From: a bacterium
GTDB taxonomy: Bacteria; UBA8248; JACPRG01; G963555815
DNA length: 64,000 nt
Direction of reading: 5' to 3'
NCBI GenBank assembly: GCA_965261595.1
Contig: CBDHDG010000001.1
Location: forward strand, 64,001 to 128,000
Part shown: positions 49,865-58,848 of the stretch, one piece after another
Layout: each line of letters opens with the position of its first letter
How positions within the stretch are numbered: the first letter of the stretch is position 1
The notes under the pieces: generated by a model
The model's database searches: none
What the model was told of the DNA's origin: nothing
What the model saw: only the letters and a program-made list of their open reading frames with translations
Position numbers and translations under genes: made by a program

Positions 49865-50725
49865 ATGAAGCCGGCCCCTTTTGATTACGTCGCGCCCTCA
49901 TCGGTGCCGGAAGTGTTGGAGTTGTTGAAGCGGTATGGGGAGGAGGCGAAGCTTCTGGCGGGCGGGCAAAGCCTGCTGCCCATGCTCGGGATGCGTCTTC
50001 ACCAGGCGGGGGTGTTGATCGACCTCAATCGGGTCGGCGATCTGCAAGGCATCCGGCGGGAGGACGGCTTCCTCAAGGTGGGCGCCATGACCCGGCATTC
50101 GGACGTGGAACGCTCCTCCGAGGTTGCCGAGTCGGCCCCGCTGCTGTCCCAGGCGGTTCCCCTGATCGGCCACGCGGCGATCCGGAACCGGGGTACGTTG
50201 GGGGGATCGCTGGCCCACAACCATCCGGCGTCGGAGCTTCCGGCCGTGGTGGCGGCGTTAGAAGCGCGGATTGAGATCCGGAGCCCCTCTTCGACCCGCA
50301 CGCTGAGCGCCCAGGAGTTTTTCACGTCCTATCTGTCCACCGACCTCGCGGAGGACGAGCTGTTGACCGAGGTGAGTTTTCCCATTCTGGGCGAAGGCTG
50401 GCGGACGGCGTTTCTGGAGTTTTCCCGCCGGGTCGGGGATTTCGCCCTGGTCGGGGTGGCCGCGGCCGCGCGGATGGAGAACGGACAGTGCCGGGAAGCG
50501 CGGATCGCGCTGACGGGCGTCGGGGGCGTCCCCGCACGGGCGACGGAAGCGGAGGCGATTCTTCGGGATTCGCCCCTTTCGCCCGAGGTGATGGAGCGGG
50601 CGGCCGAGGCGGTGAAGGGCGAGGTCGAGCCGCTTTCGGATTTTCATGGCTCATCGGATTACCGGCGGCACTTGTGCGGCGTGTTCACGCGGCGGGCGCT
50701 GGCCCGGATTGCCGGAGGGGAGTAG
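49865..50725 (+). CDS. Molybdenum hydroxylase FAD subunit (CoxM/CutM-like)
   Basis: MKPAPFDY, AGGQSL, IGHAAIRNRGTLGGS, GDFAL, DYRR. Confidence 0.94.
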   Translation: MKPAPFDYVAPSSVPEVLELLKRYGEEAKLLAGGQSLLPMLGMRLHQAGVLIDLNRVGDLQGIRREDGFLKVGAMTRHSDVERSSEVAESAPLLSQAVPLIGHAAIRNRGTLGGSLAHNHPASELPAVVAALEARIEIRSPSSTRTLSAQEFFTSYLSTDLAEDELLTEVSFPILGEGWRTAFLEFSRRVGDFALVGVAAAARMENGQCREARIALTGVGGVPARATEAEAILRDSPLSPEVMERAAEAVKGEVEPLSDFHGSSDYRRHLCGVFTRRALARIAGGE

Positions 50726-51223
50726 ATGGGGAAGTTGGAGCCGAAGCGGCGGTTGAACGTGCGCCTGGAGGTGAACGGCCGCCCGGCGGAGGGGGAGACC
50801 GAGGCGCGCAAGAGCCTGGCGGACTTTCTTCGCGAGGACCTGCGCCTGACGGGGACGCACGTGGGCTGCGAGCAGGGGGTGTGCGGGGCGTGCACGGTGC
50901 TGCTGGACGGCGAGCCGGTGCGCTCGTGCCTGCTGTTGGCGGCGCAGGCGGAGGGGTGCTCGGTGGAGACGGTGGAAGGTCTTGCGCCTCCGGAGGGACC
51001 GCTCCATCCGATTCAGGAGGCGTTTCACATCCATCACGCGCTCCAATGCGGGTTTTGCACGCCGGGGTTTTTGATGACGCTGAAGGCGGCGCTGTCGGAG
51101 CCGCGGACCTGGACACGGGATGAGATCCGCGAGCTGTTGTCGGGGAACATCTGCCGGTGCACGGGCTATCACCACATCGTAGACGCCGTGGAGAAGGCGG
51201 CCGAGCTCCTCCACCCGAAATGA
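50726..51223 (+). CDS. Molybdenum hydroxylase (2Fe-2S) subunit (CoxS-like)
   Basis: GTHVGCEQGVCGACTV, QCGFCTPG, GNICRCTGY. Confidence 0.95.
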   Translation: MGKLEPKRRLNVRLEVNGRPAEGETEARKSLADFLREDLRLTGTHVGCEQGVCGACTVLLDGEPVRSCLLLAAQAEGCSVETVEGLAPPEGPLHPIQEAFHIHHALQCGFCTPGFLMTLKAALSEPRTWTRDEIRELLSGNICRCTGYHHIVDAVEKAAELLHPK

Positions 51224-51233
51224 GAAGCGATCC

Positions 51234-53570
51234 GTGACCCCGGATTTCATGAAAAACCCTAAGTACATCGGGACCGGCATGCCGAGGTTTGAAGACCGGC
51301 GGCTTCTGACGGGCGGGGGGCGGTTTGCGGACGACATCCACTGCCCCGAGGCCCTTCACGCGGCCTTCCTGCGGTCGCCCTATGCGCATGCACGCATTTT
51401 GGAAATCGATCTCTCACGGTGCGCCGAGGCGGGGGCCGTCGCCGCGTTCACGGGCGAGGACATGGGGACCGCCGGCGAGCCCTACCCCATTCAGGCCCCT
51501 CACCCCTCCATCCGGGGGCGCAATTGGGCGCCGCTCGCCCGGGAGAAGACACGCTTTTACGGCGAGCCTGTCGCGGTCGTCGTCGCGAAGAGCCGGGCCG
51601 AAGCCGAAGACGCCGCGGAAGCCGCGCGGGTGGAATACGAAGTCCTTCCGGCTTCGCACCATCCGATCCAGGCCATGGCGCCCGGTGCCCCGCTGGTCCA
51701 GGACGAGGTTGGGGACAACCTGTGCGCTCACCTGGAATCCACGATCGGCGAGCCGGACGAGGCGCTGTCGAAGGCCCCTCACGTGGAAGAATTCGAGCTG
51801 AAAACCCAGCGCGGAGCGGCGGGCGCGATGGAGTGCCGGGCGATCCTCGCCCAGTATGATCCCCGTCTCGACCGCCTCCGGATATACAGCTCGACCCAGG
51901 TCCCCCATGGCACACGCCAGCTGGTGGCGGCGATCCTCGGGCGTTCCGAGGCGTCGGTGGAGGTGCTCGCCCACGACGTCGGAGGCGGCTTCGGGCCCAA
52001 AGGAAGGCTCTACCCGGAAGACTTGGTCATTCCCTGGCTCGCGGTGAAGCTGGAGCGGCCGGTGAAATGGACGGGGGATCGCCTGGAATTCATCCAGGCG
52101 GCGATTCAGGAGCGAGAAGGCATCCACAAAGTCACCGTGGGATTCGACGGCGAAGGCAGGATTCTGGTTTTGCGGGTGCATACGATCATGGACACCGGGG
52201 CTTATCCGGTGGCCGGGCTCATCAATTCCCAGAACGTGATCACCCACGCCGTCGGTCTTTACAAGTTCGCCCATTACGCGGCCTCTCTGGATTTGGTTTA
52301 CACCCACCGCGTCCCATGCGGGCCGGTCCGGGGGGCGAGCCGGCCCCAGGGAACGTTCATCATCGAGCGGACGATGGACCGGATCGCCGGCGTTCTGGGA
52401 CTCGACAATGCGGAGGTGAGGTTCCGGAACTTCGTCCAGCCCGGCGACATGCCCTACGTCGTCGGCCTGCCCACCTGGGGCGGACCGATGACCTATGAAA
52501 GCGGCGATTACCCGGAGTTGCTGAAGCGGACCCTGGAAAAGGTCGGATACGCGTCGTTGCAAAAGCGGGAGCGCGGGAAGGGGAACGGAAAACTCCTCGG
52601 CGTCGGCATCGCCTGCAACATCGAGATGACCGGGAGCGGTCCGTTCGAGGGGGCGAAGATGCGGATCGAGCCGAACGGCACGGTCGTCGTGGCGACAGGC
52701 TCATGTCCCCAGGGGCAGGGCCACGTATCGACCTTCGCCCAGGTCGCCGCCGACGCGATGGGGGTGACTCCGGAGGACGTGAAGGTGCTCACGGGGGACA
52801 CGAACCACATCACGTACGGCGTCGGAACCTTCGGCAGCCGGAGCACGGTGAACGCGGCGAACGCCATCGTCCTGGCGGCCCGGGTGCTGCGGGAAAAGGT
52901 GTTCGCCCTCGCAGCCGCGAAGCTCGAAGCCGGGGAGGAAGACATGGACATCGCCGACGGGAAGGTGTTCGTCAAAAGCGCCCCCGAGCGCGCCATCCCG
53001 TTGGGAGAGCTGGCCCGATACTCGATGACCGGCGCCGGGGGGCCCCCGCTCCCCAAGGGATCGAACCCGGGCCTGAACGCCGAGGAGTATTTCAGGCCGG
53101 ACGTCCCCGCCTTCGCGTGCGGAGTCCACGTGGCTCTCGTCGAGGTGGACCCGGACACCGGGTTCGTGAAAGTCCTCCATTACACCGCCGGCCATGATTG
53201 CGGCACGGTCGTCAATCCCTTGCTGGTGGACGGCCAGGTGCACGGCGGCGTGGCCCACGGGATCGGCGACGCGCTCATCGAAGACCTCGCCTTCGACGAG
53301 AACGGCACGCCCCTGGCCTCGACGCTCCTGGATTACCTCCTTCCGCTCTCGACGGACATTCCGCCGATCGACACCATCCATATGGAAAGCCCCTGCCCCA
53401 CGAATCCTCTCGGCGTCAAAGGGGCGGGCGAGGGCGGGACCATCGGATCCATCTCCGCGGTTGTTTCAGCGATTGAAGACGCGCTGAAGCCGTTGGGCGT
53501 CCGGCTGAACGAATCCCACCTCCCGCCGGCGAGGCTTCACGCCCTGATTCAGCAGGCCGGCGGGGATTAA
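51234..53570 (+). CDS. Molybdenum hydroxylase large subunit (CoxL-like; not form I CODH)
   Basis: EDRRLLTG, RSPYAHA, VGGGFGPK, PVRGASR, GQGH, GTFGSR, GQVHGG, GVKGAGEGG. Confidence 0.92.
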   Translation: MTPDFMKNPKYIGTGMPRFEDRRLLTGGGRFADDIHCPEALHAAFLRSPYAHARILEIDLSRCAEAGAVAAFTGEDMGTAGEPYPIQAPHPSIRGRNWAPLAREKTRFYGEPVAVVVAKSRAEAEDAAEAARVEYEVLPASHHPIQAMAPGAPLVQDEVGDNLCAHLESTIGEPDEALSKAPHVEEFELKTQRGAAGAMECRAILAQYDPRLDRLRIYSSTQVPHGTRQLVAAILGRSEASVEVLAHDVGGGFGPKGRLYPEDLVIPWLAVKLERPVKWTGDRLEFIQAAIQEREGIHKVTVGFDGEGRILVLRVHTIMDTGAYPVAGLINSQNVITHAVGLYKFAHYAASLDLVYTHRVPCGPVRGASRPQGTFIIERTMDRIAGVLGLDNAEVRFRNFVQPGDMPYVVGLPTWGGPMTYESGDYPELLKRTLEKVGYASLQKRERGKGNGKLLGVGIACNIEMTGSGPFEGAKMRIEPNGTVVVATGSCPQGQGHVSTFAQVAADAMGVTPEDVKVLTGDTNHITYGVGTFGSRSTVNAANAIVLAARVLREKVFALAAAKLEAGEEDMDIADGKVFVKSAPERAIPLGELARYSMTGAGGPPLPKGSNPGLNAEEYFRPDVPAFACGVHVALVEVDPDTGFVKVLHYTAGHDCGTVVNPLLVDGQVHGGVAHGIGDALIEDLAFDENGTPLASTLLDYLLPLSTDIPPIDTIHMESPCPTNPLGVKGAGEGGTIGSISAVVSAIEDALKPLGVRLNESHLPPARLHALIQQAGGD

Positions 53571-53830
53571 AACGGAGCCGGGGGGGGATCGGGCGGGAGA
53601 GATGATCCACCCGCGACCCACCGGCCCGGAGGCCTGCCGTCATCCGTCCCGGCGCCCACTTCCGGCTCATCCTTTACCGAGAGAACCGATTCGTCTTATC
53701 ATGGCGCGATGAATAGGTTTGACCGTGTTCGACATGGCCCGGCGCCCCGGCGATCCGGCCCGAAAAAGACACTTCACGGGAAGCCGTGATGAGATGAAAA
53801 TCCTGACAACCTGACATGGGACCACACAAC

Positions 53831-55102
53831 ATGAATATTGACACCATCCTCGCATCCATTGATCGCAAAGAGCTCGCGGAAGTCGCCCTGGGCTTCGGAA
53901 ACGTCGGCAGCCCCACGGGCCTCGAGGGGGAGATGGGCGAGGCCCTGTTCCAGTGGCTGACCGATCAAGGCTTCTCACCCCGCAAGATGGAAGTGGCGCC
54001 CGGGCGCCACAACGTCGTGGCCGTCCTGAAAGGGACCGGCGGGGGGAAGAACCTGATCTTCAACGCCCACATCGACACCAAGTACGGAGCGCCTGAGGAC
54101 GTCTGGAGCGCCGGTGAGATGCGCCCCGAATACGTCCGGGCCTGGATGGAAGACGATCGGATCTATGGCCAGGGGGTGTTCAACGACAAGGGTCCCCTGA
54201 CGGCCACGTTGTTCGCCGCGCGGGCGATCAAGGACAGCGGTGTCCAGCTCAAGGGCGACCTCTACATCACGGCGGTGGTCGGTGAGATCGGAACGGCCCC
54301 CGTGGACGAATTCCAGGGGAGCCGCTATCTGGGCAAGGGCGTGGGGGCGCGCCACCTGGTGGACCACGGCATCAACGCCGATTTCGCCCTGGTGGCTGAA
54401 TGCACCAACTTCGCCAAGACCTGGGCCCAATGCGGGTGCGCCTATTTCCAGATCACCACGCGCGGCGCCGGGATCTACACACCCTTCATCCCGCGGCCCA
54501 CGGCGCGCACCGAGAGTCCGAACGCCATCATCAAGATGGCCCAGATCATCAACGCCCTGGAGGACTGGGCCGACCGCTACATCGAGCGCGACCAGGTCGA
54601 TTTCGGCGGCGGCGTCATCAAACCCAACGTCAGCGTGGGTGCCATCCGGGGCGGGCTCCCCTGGAAGATCGGGAACTCGGTGGGGCGGTGCAGCATCTAT
54701 CTGGACGTCCGGATCCCCCCGGGAAAAAACCCCCTATATGTTCAGCCCGAGATCGAGAAGCTCATCGCCGAAACCGGGGTCGAGGCCGAGGTTCGGCCGT
54801 ATATGACCCGGCGGGGATACATCGCCGAGGGTCACGAACCGCTCACGGACTCAATCGAAAAATCCCATCAGAAGGTCTTCGGAAATCCCACGGAGACCAT
54901 CTTCACGCCCATCACCAGCATGTGGCGGGACATGAACATCTTCAATGAGGTGGGGATCCCTTCGGCGACGTACGGGCCTTCGTACACGAAGTCCTTCTCC
55001 CAGGGAGAGGAACAGGACGCCATCCAAGTCGACGACTTGCTGAACGCCTCGAAGGTCTACGCCCAAGTCGCGATGGACATCTGCAACACGGACGCGGATT
55101 GA
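53831..55102 (+). CDS. M20-fold hydrolase of the NaaA (5-nitroanthranilate aminohydrolase)-like subgroup
   Basis: SPTG.EG, FNAHIDT, NDKG, GEI..PVDEFQG, AECTNF, YTPFIPRP...SPNAI, GAIRGGLP, RRGY, SMWRD; no C-terminal M20 His. Confidence 0.85.
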   Translation: MNIDTILASIDRKELAEVALGFGNVGSPTGLEGEMGEALFQWLTDQGFSPRKMEVAPGRHNVVAVLKGTGGGKNLIFNAHIDTKYGAPEDVWSAGEMRPEYVRAWMEDDRIYGQGVFNDKGPLTATLFAARAIKDSGVQLKGDLYITAVVGEIGTAPVDEFQGSRYLGKGVGARHLVDHGINADFALVAECTNFAKTWAQCGCAYFQITTRGAGIYTPFIPRPTARTESPNAIIKMAQIINALEDWADRYIERDQVDFGGGVIKPNVSVGAIRGGLPWKIGNSVGRCSIYLDVRIPPGKNPLYVQPEIEKLIAETGVEAEVRPYMTRRGYIAEGHEPLTDSIEKSHQKVFGNPTETIFTPITSMWRDMNIFNEVGIPSATYGPSYTKSFSQGEEQDAIQVDDLLNASKVYAQVAMDICNTDAD

Positions 55103-55178
55103 GGAAGAGCGCCGGCGGCCGAGGCTCCAGCGATTCGCCGGCTTCGTTGCGAAGGGTCATGGGGGGGGGAGAACGAAG

Positions 55179-55841
55179 ATGACGGGCGCGTTCATCGAGA
55201 AAGTCGATGAGTTGAAAGAGGGGGTTTCGAAGGTCGCCGTCGACAGCGTGGAGGAATACTTCAAGGAGCGGCCGAGCCTGCGAAGCATGCTGGCGTGGCT
55301 TGAAGTGCGGAACGAACGGGAAATCGGGGCGGCCCAGATGATCTCCCAAGCCGTGGTCAAGATCCGGGGGATTGACAAGAAGATCCTCGTCAGCCTGGGC
55401 AAGTTCATCTGGGATGAAACCCGGCATTACCGGGACCTCAGCCGGCAGATCGAGCGAATGAAGGAAGGCGCTCCCGAGGAGGAGACCGCCCGCCTGGTCG
55501 CCCCGGAGGCCGAATCCGGATGGTGGGAGACGTTGTGGCGGAACGTCGAGAAGGAACAGCTCACGCCCTTCGCGGGCTTTTACGTCTCGGAGGGATCGGC
55601 CCTGTCCATCACCGATCCGCTCGTCACGGGCTTGAGGAAGTACGGGTACAACAAGCTGGCCGACCTCTATACGAAGATCGGCAGTGATGAGGAATTTCAC
55701 GTCGCCCTCGACCGGGAAATGATAAAGCGCTATGTCATCGAATCCGGGCAACAGGACCTGGTGATGGAAACGGCGACGGACGTGGCCGAATACCTTTCCA
55801 CCGCCTGGGCGTCCATCTTCCAGCGCAAACCGTCCGGATGA
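55179..55841 (+). CDS. Ferritin-like diiron-carboxylate protein
   Basis: Two motifs: E-x30-DETRH and E-x31-DEEFH. Confidence 0.8.
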   Translation: MTGAFIEKVDELKEGVSKVAVDSVEEYFKERPSLRSMLAWLEVRNEREIGAAQMISQAVVKIRGIDKKILVSLGKFIWDETRHYRDLSRQIERMKEGAPEEETARLVAPEAESGWWETLWRNVEKEQLTPFAGFYVSEGSALSITDPLVTGLRKYGYNKLADLYTKIGSDEEFHVALDREMIKRYVIESGQQDLVMETATDVAEYLSTAWASIFQRKPSG

Positions 55842-55955
55842 TCTCTCCCTCGCGCGGCCCCCTAGATTCGGCGGCGACGCGCCGCTGTTCCGAATGGGGC
55901 CGCTCCGCTCTGTTTCCATCCGAAGGGGTCCGGGCGCGGGCCCTTCGCGAACCCC

Positions 55956-56997
55956 TTGAATCATACTGGTAAGACTTTGCCGACGTTCGGCCTATCCATG
56001 GGCGTGAGCCACCGGGAGCCCATCCGCCGGGCTGTCGAGGTCGTCAAGGAGGCGGACCGCCGCGGGATCGATTGTCTGTGGCTCATCGATTCCCAGCTCA
56101 TCATGAAAGACGTCCACGTCGTCCTCGCCCTTTGCGCGGCGGAGACGGAGCGGGTACGCCTCGCCACCGGCGTCACCAACCCCCTCACCCGCCACTTGAC
56201 GGTGACGGCCGGCGCCGCCTGCGCCCTCCAAGAGGTGAGCGGCGGGCGGTTTATTCTGGACTTGGGGGCGGGCGACAGCGCGGTCTACCCGCTGGGCCTT
56301 CGGCCCGCGTCGGTCCGCCGCTGCGAGGAGAGCCTTCGCACCCTGCGGACGCTCTTTCAGGGGGAAGAGATCTCGGAGGGAAACAGCGCCTTCCGCCTCA
56401 AAACCGCGCGAGCCGCACCCCTGTTTTTCGCCACCAGCCAACCGAGGATGCTTCGCCTCGCGGGCCGGGCGGCCGACGGCGCCAACATCCTGGGGATCGC
56501 CGCCCCGGAGATTGTCAATCAGCAAATCGAGCACGTCCGCCGCGGCGCCTCGGAAGCCGGCCGGAAGCCGGCGGACGTTTTCATCGACCTGTGGCTGACG
56601 CTCTCCGTGGATGCGGACAGCGGCGCGGCGCTGGACGGCGCGCGATCCTGGGCATCCACCAAGGCGCGCTGGCTCGCTACGTGGGAATCCCCGCCCTCCA
56701 CCCCTACCGGGAGGACATCGCGCGGGCGGCCAAGGGGTATGACTTCGCCGAGCACCTCTCCGTCGGCGCGTCTCATAAGCAGACGGTCAGCGACGATTTC
56801 ACGGCGGCCGTCGCCATCGCGGGAACCCCGAAGCACGTCGCCTCGCGGCTTCAGGAGCTCGTCAAATGGACGTAGACCGAATCACTTTGACCCTCCTTTC
56901 CGGCGGGAGAATGGAGCATCTCCGCCTCCTTTGCGAGGAGGTTCTTCCCCGCGTGAACCATTCCGGCGCGGAAACCCCTGCTCCCCGAAGTGACTGA
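55956..56997 (+). pseudogene. LLM-class (Mer-like) flavin-dependent oxidoreductase with two frameshifts
   Basis: WLIDSQ, LATGVTNPLTRH, SGGRFILDLGAGDS, AGRAADG; shift ~56690 to YDFAEH...IAGTP; shift ~56866 to DVDRITLTLLSGGR...EEVLP. Confidence 0.8.
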
Positions 56998-58573
56998 GCG
57001 TCAGTCCACCTCGTCCGGGCGGCGGATGATGCCTTCCCCCGGATCACAGTCTTGGCCCGGCGTGTTGCTTCGTTTTCCTGTTCCCGTCTTGGCGCTGATC
57101 CTCATGGAATGCGCCCCGGCTCTCGCGCACGGCGCGGATGAGGCCCGCTTTGCCTCGAAAATTCCGGGATGGGTCGTCCTCGCGGCGGCGGCCGCCGCCC
57201 TGGTCCTTTCATTCCTCCTGCTGAACCGCTTCAAGCCGGGAGCCCGCCCGGATTCCGCACCGTCCGCGGCCTACAGGTCCCGCGATGTCGAGCACATCCC
57301 GATCCTGGCGTGGATTGTTCAAAGCCCCGCGGTCCGGCTCTCGGCCCGGCTCATCTCCGTAGGGCTGTTCCTGCTGGTCCTGGCGACGGGGTTCTTCGGG
57401 CGCGTCCACTCCAAATACAACGCCGCTCCCGAGCTTGTATGGACTCTCTTCTGGTTCGGTCTCAGCCTCTTCTCCTTCCTCATCGGAAATCCCTGGAACG
57501 CCGTCAATCCCTGGCGGGCGATGTTTCACTGGGCGTCGAAAGCGGCCGGACGAAACCTCTCCCTCGGCCTTCGCTATCCCGCCGCCCTGGGCATCTGGCC
57601 GGCCCTGATCCTTTACGTGTCATTCATCTGGTTCGAGTTGGGCTGGTTTCAATCCGATGAGCCGCGCTCACTCGCCCTGCTGGCGGTTCTGTACTCGGCG
57701 TATCTCTGGATCGGGATGGCGTTGTTCGGGACTGTCTGGCTGGAGCGGGCGGACCCTTTCACGCGCTATTTTCAGGTCCTGGGCCTTTTCGCGCCCCTCG
57801 GGCCGGGGAAGCGGGGGGGGGAGGGAGAGAGAGAGGGGGGAATCGAGCTGCGGCCCTACGCGTCGGCGTTGCGCGGCGCCCGAATGACCGCGAGTCTGGA
57901 AGTCGCGTTCGTCATCGCGATGATGTACTCGGTCACGCATGACGGATTCATGGCGACGCGGGAATGGGTGGGAGTCACCGGGGCCCTGATGGAACAGGCC
58001 ATGCGGATGTTTCCGGACGTTCCGGTGATGGAGGGCGTTCAACTGATCTCCTTGTTGATCGGCCTGTTGATCTTTGTCGCCGCGTATTGGGGGGCCTGCG
58101 CCTGGATGAGCGCGCTGACGGATGGGAAAACGGCCTCGGAATTGGCGAGGGCCTTTGGTTTCACACTTCTGCCAATCGCCTTCGGGTATTTTCTCGCCCA
58201 CTTCTTCATGGTCATAGGCCCCCGTTTTGCGGAGCTGGCTCTGGCGCTATCGGACCCCTTCGGCGCATCCTCGCCCGCACATCCCCCACCCGCCCAGCCG
58301 CCTCTCCCGAAGGGGCCGACGTTTTGGACGACCGGGGTCATTTGGGTCTCCATGATGATCCTGATTGTTCTGGGCCACGTCCTCTCGGTCATCACCGCCC
58401 ACCACACGGCCCGAAACGTCCTGGCCGGAACAAGACGGTTCGTCGCCGCCCAGCTTCCCATGTTGGCCTTGATGGTTTTTTACACCTGGGTCAGTCTGTG
58501 GATAGCGTCCCGCCCCCTCCTCTTCAAACCCCTGGCGCCCCTGTTCAAGGAGTTGACGACCAACCCGTATTAG
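56990..58573 (+). CDS. Multi-pass membrane protein (FedB-like hypothetical family); start uncertain
   Basis: PALAH signal-like site, APELVWTLFWFG...GNPWNAVNPW, LGIWPA, WFEL, DPF, LLPIAFGYFLAH, SDPFG, GHV...AH, SLWI. Confidence 0.7.
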   Translation: MTERQSTSSGRRMMPSPGSQSWPGVLLRFPVPVLALILMECAPALAHGADEARFASKIPGWVVLAAAAAALVLSFLLLNRFKPGARPDSAPSAAYRSRDVEHIPILAWIVQSPAVRLSARLISVGLFLLVLATGFFGRVHSKYNAAPELVWTLFWFGLSLFSFLIGNPWNAVNPWRAMFHWASKAAGRNLSLGLRYPAALGIWPALILYVSFIWFELGWFQSDEPRSLALLAVLYSAYLWIGMALFGTVWLERADPFTRYFQVLGLFAPLGPGKRGGEGEREGGIELRPYASALRGARMTASLEVAFVIAMMYSVTHDGFMATREWVGVTGALMEQAMRMFPDVPVMEGVQLISLLIGLLIFVAAYWGACAWMSALTDGKTASELARAFGFTLLPIAFGYFLAHFFMVIGPRFAELALALSDPFGASSPAHPPPAQPPLPKGPTFWTTGVIWVSMMILIVLGHVLSVITAHHTARNVLAGTRRFVAAQLPMLALMVFYTWVSLWIASRPLLFKPLAPLFKELTTNPY

Positions 58574-58848
58574 CCGGGCGCCGCATGCGGGGTTGGCGTC
58601 GGCCGGGGATTTGCGGGTGAATCAGCGCCCCGGCATCGAGAGGATTCGTTTTCCGCAATCCGTCAAGAGGAAACGTCCCGCGGCGGGACGCGGGTTGACG
58701 AATGTCAGCCCGCTTACGTAGGCTCAAACCGAATTTGAACCAAGAGGGGACGGGCCGCGAGCCTGAGCATCGCCGGTCCATCCCCTCCGAACCCCTCCTT
58801 TCCATCACGAACAACGTGGAGCGGGCTTCTCGCACCGAGGGAAAATCT

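Noticed and set aside
49865..53570. Aerobic CO dehydrogenase (coxMSL)
   Set aside because: No AYxCSFR Cu-binding motif and no coxDEFG accessory genes
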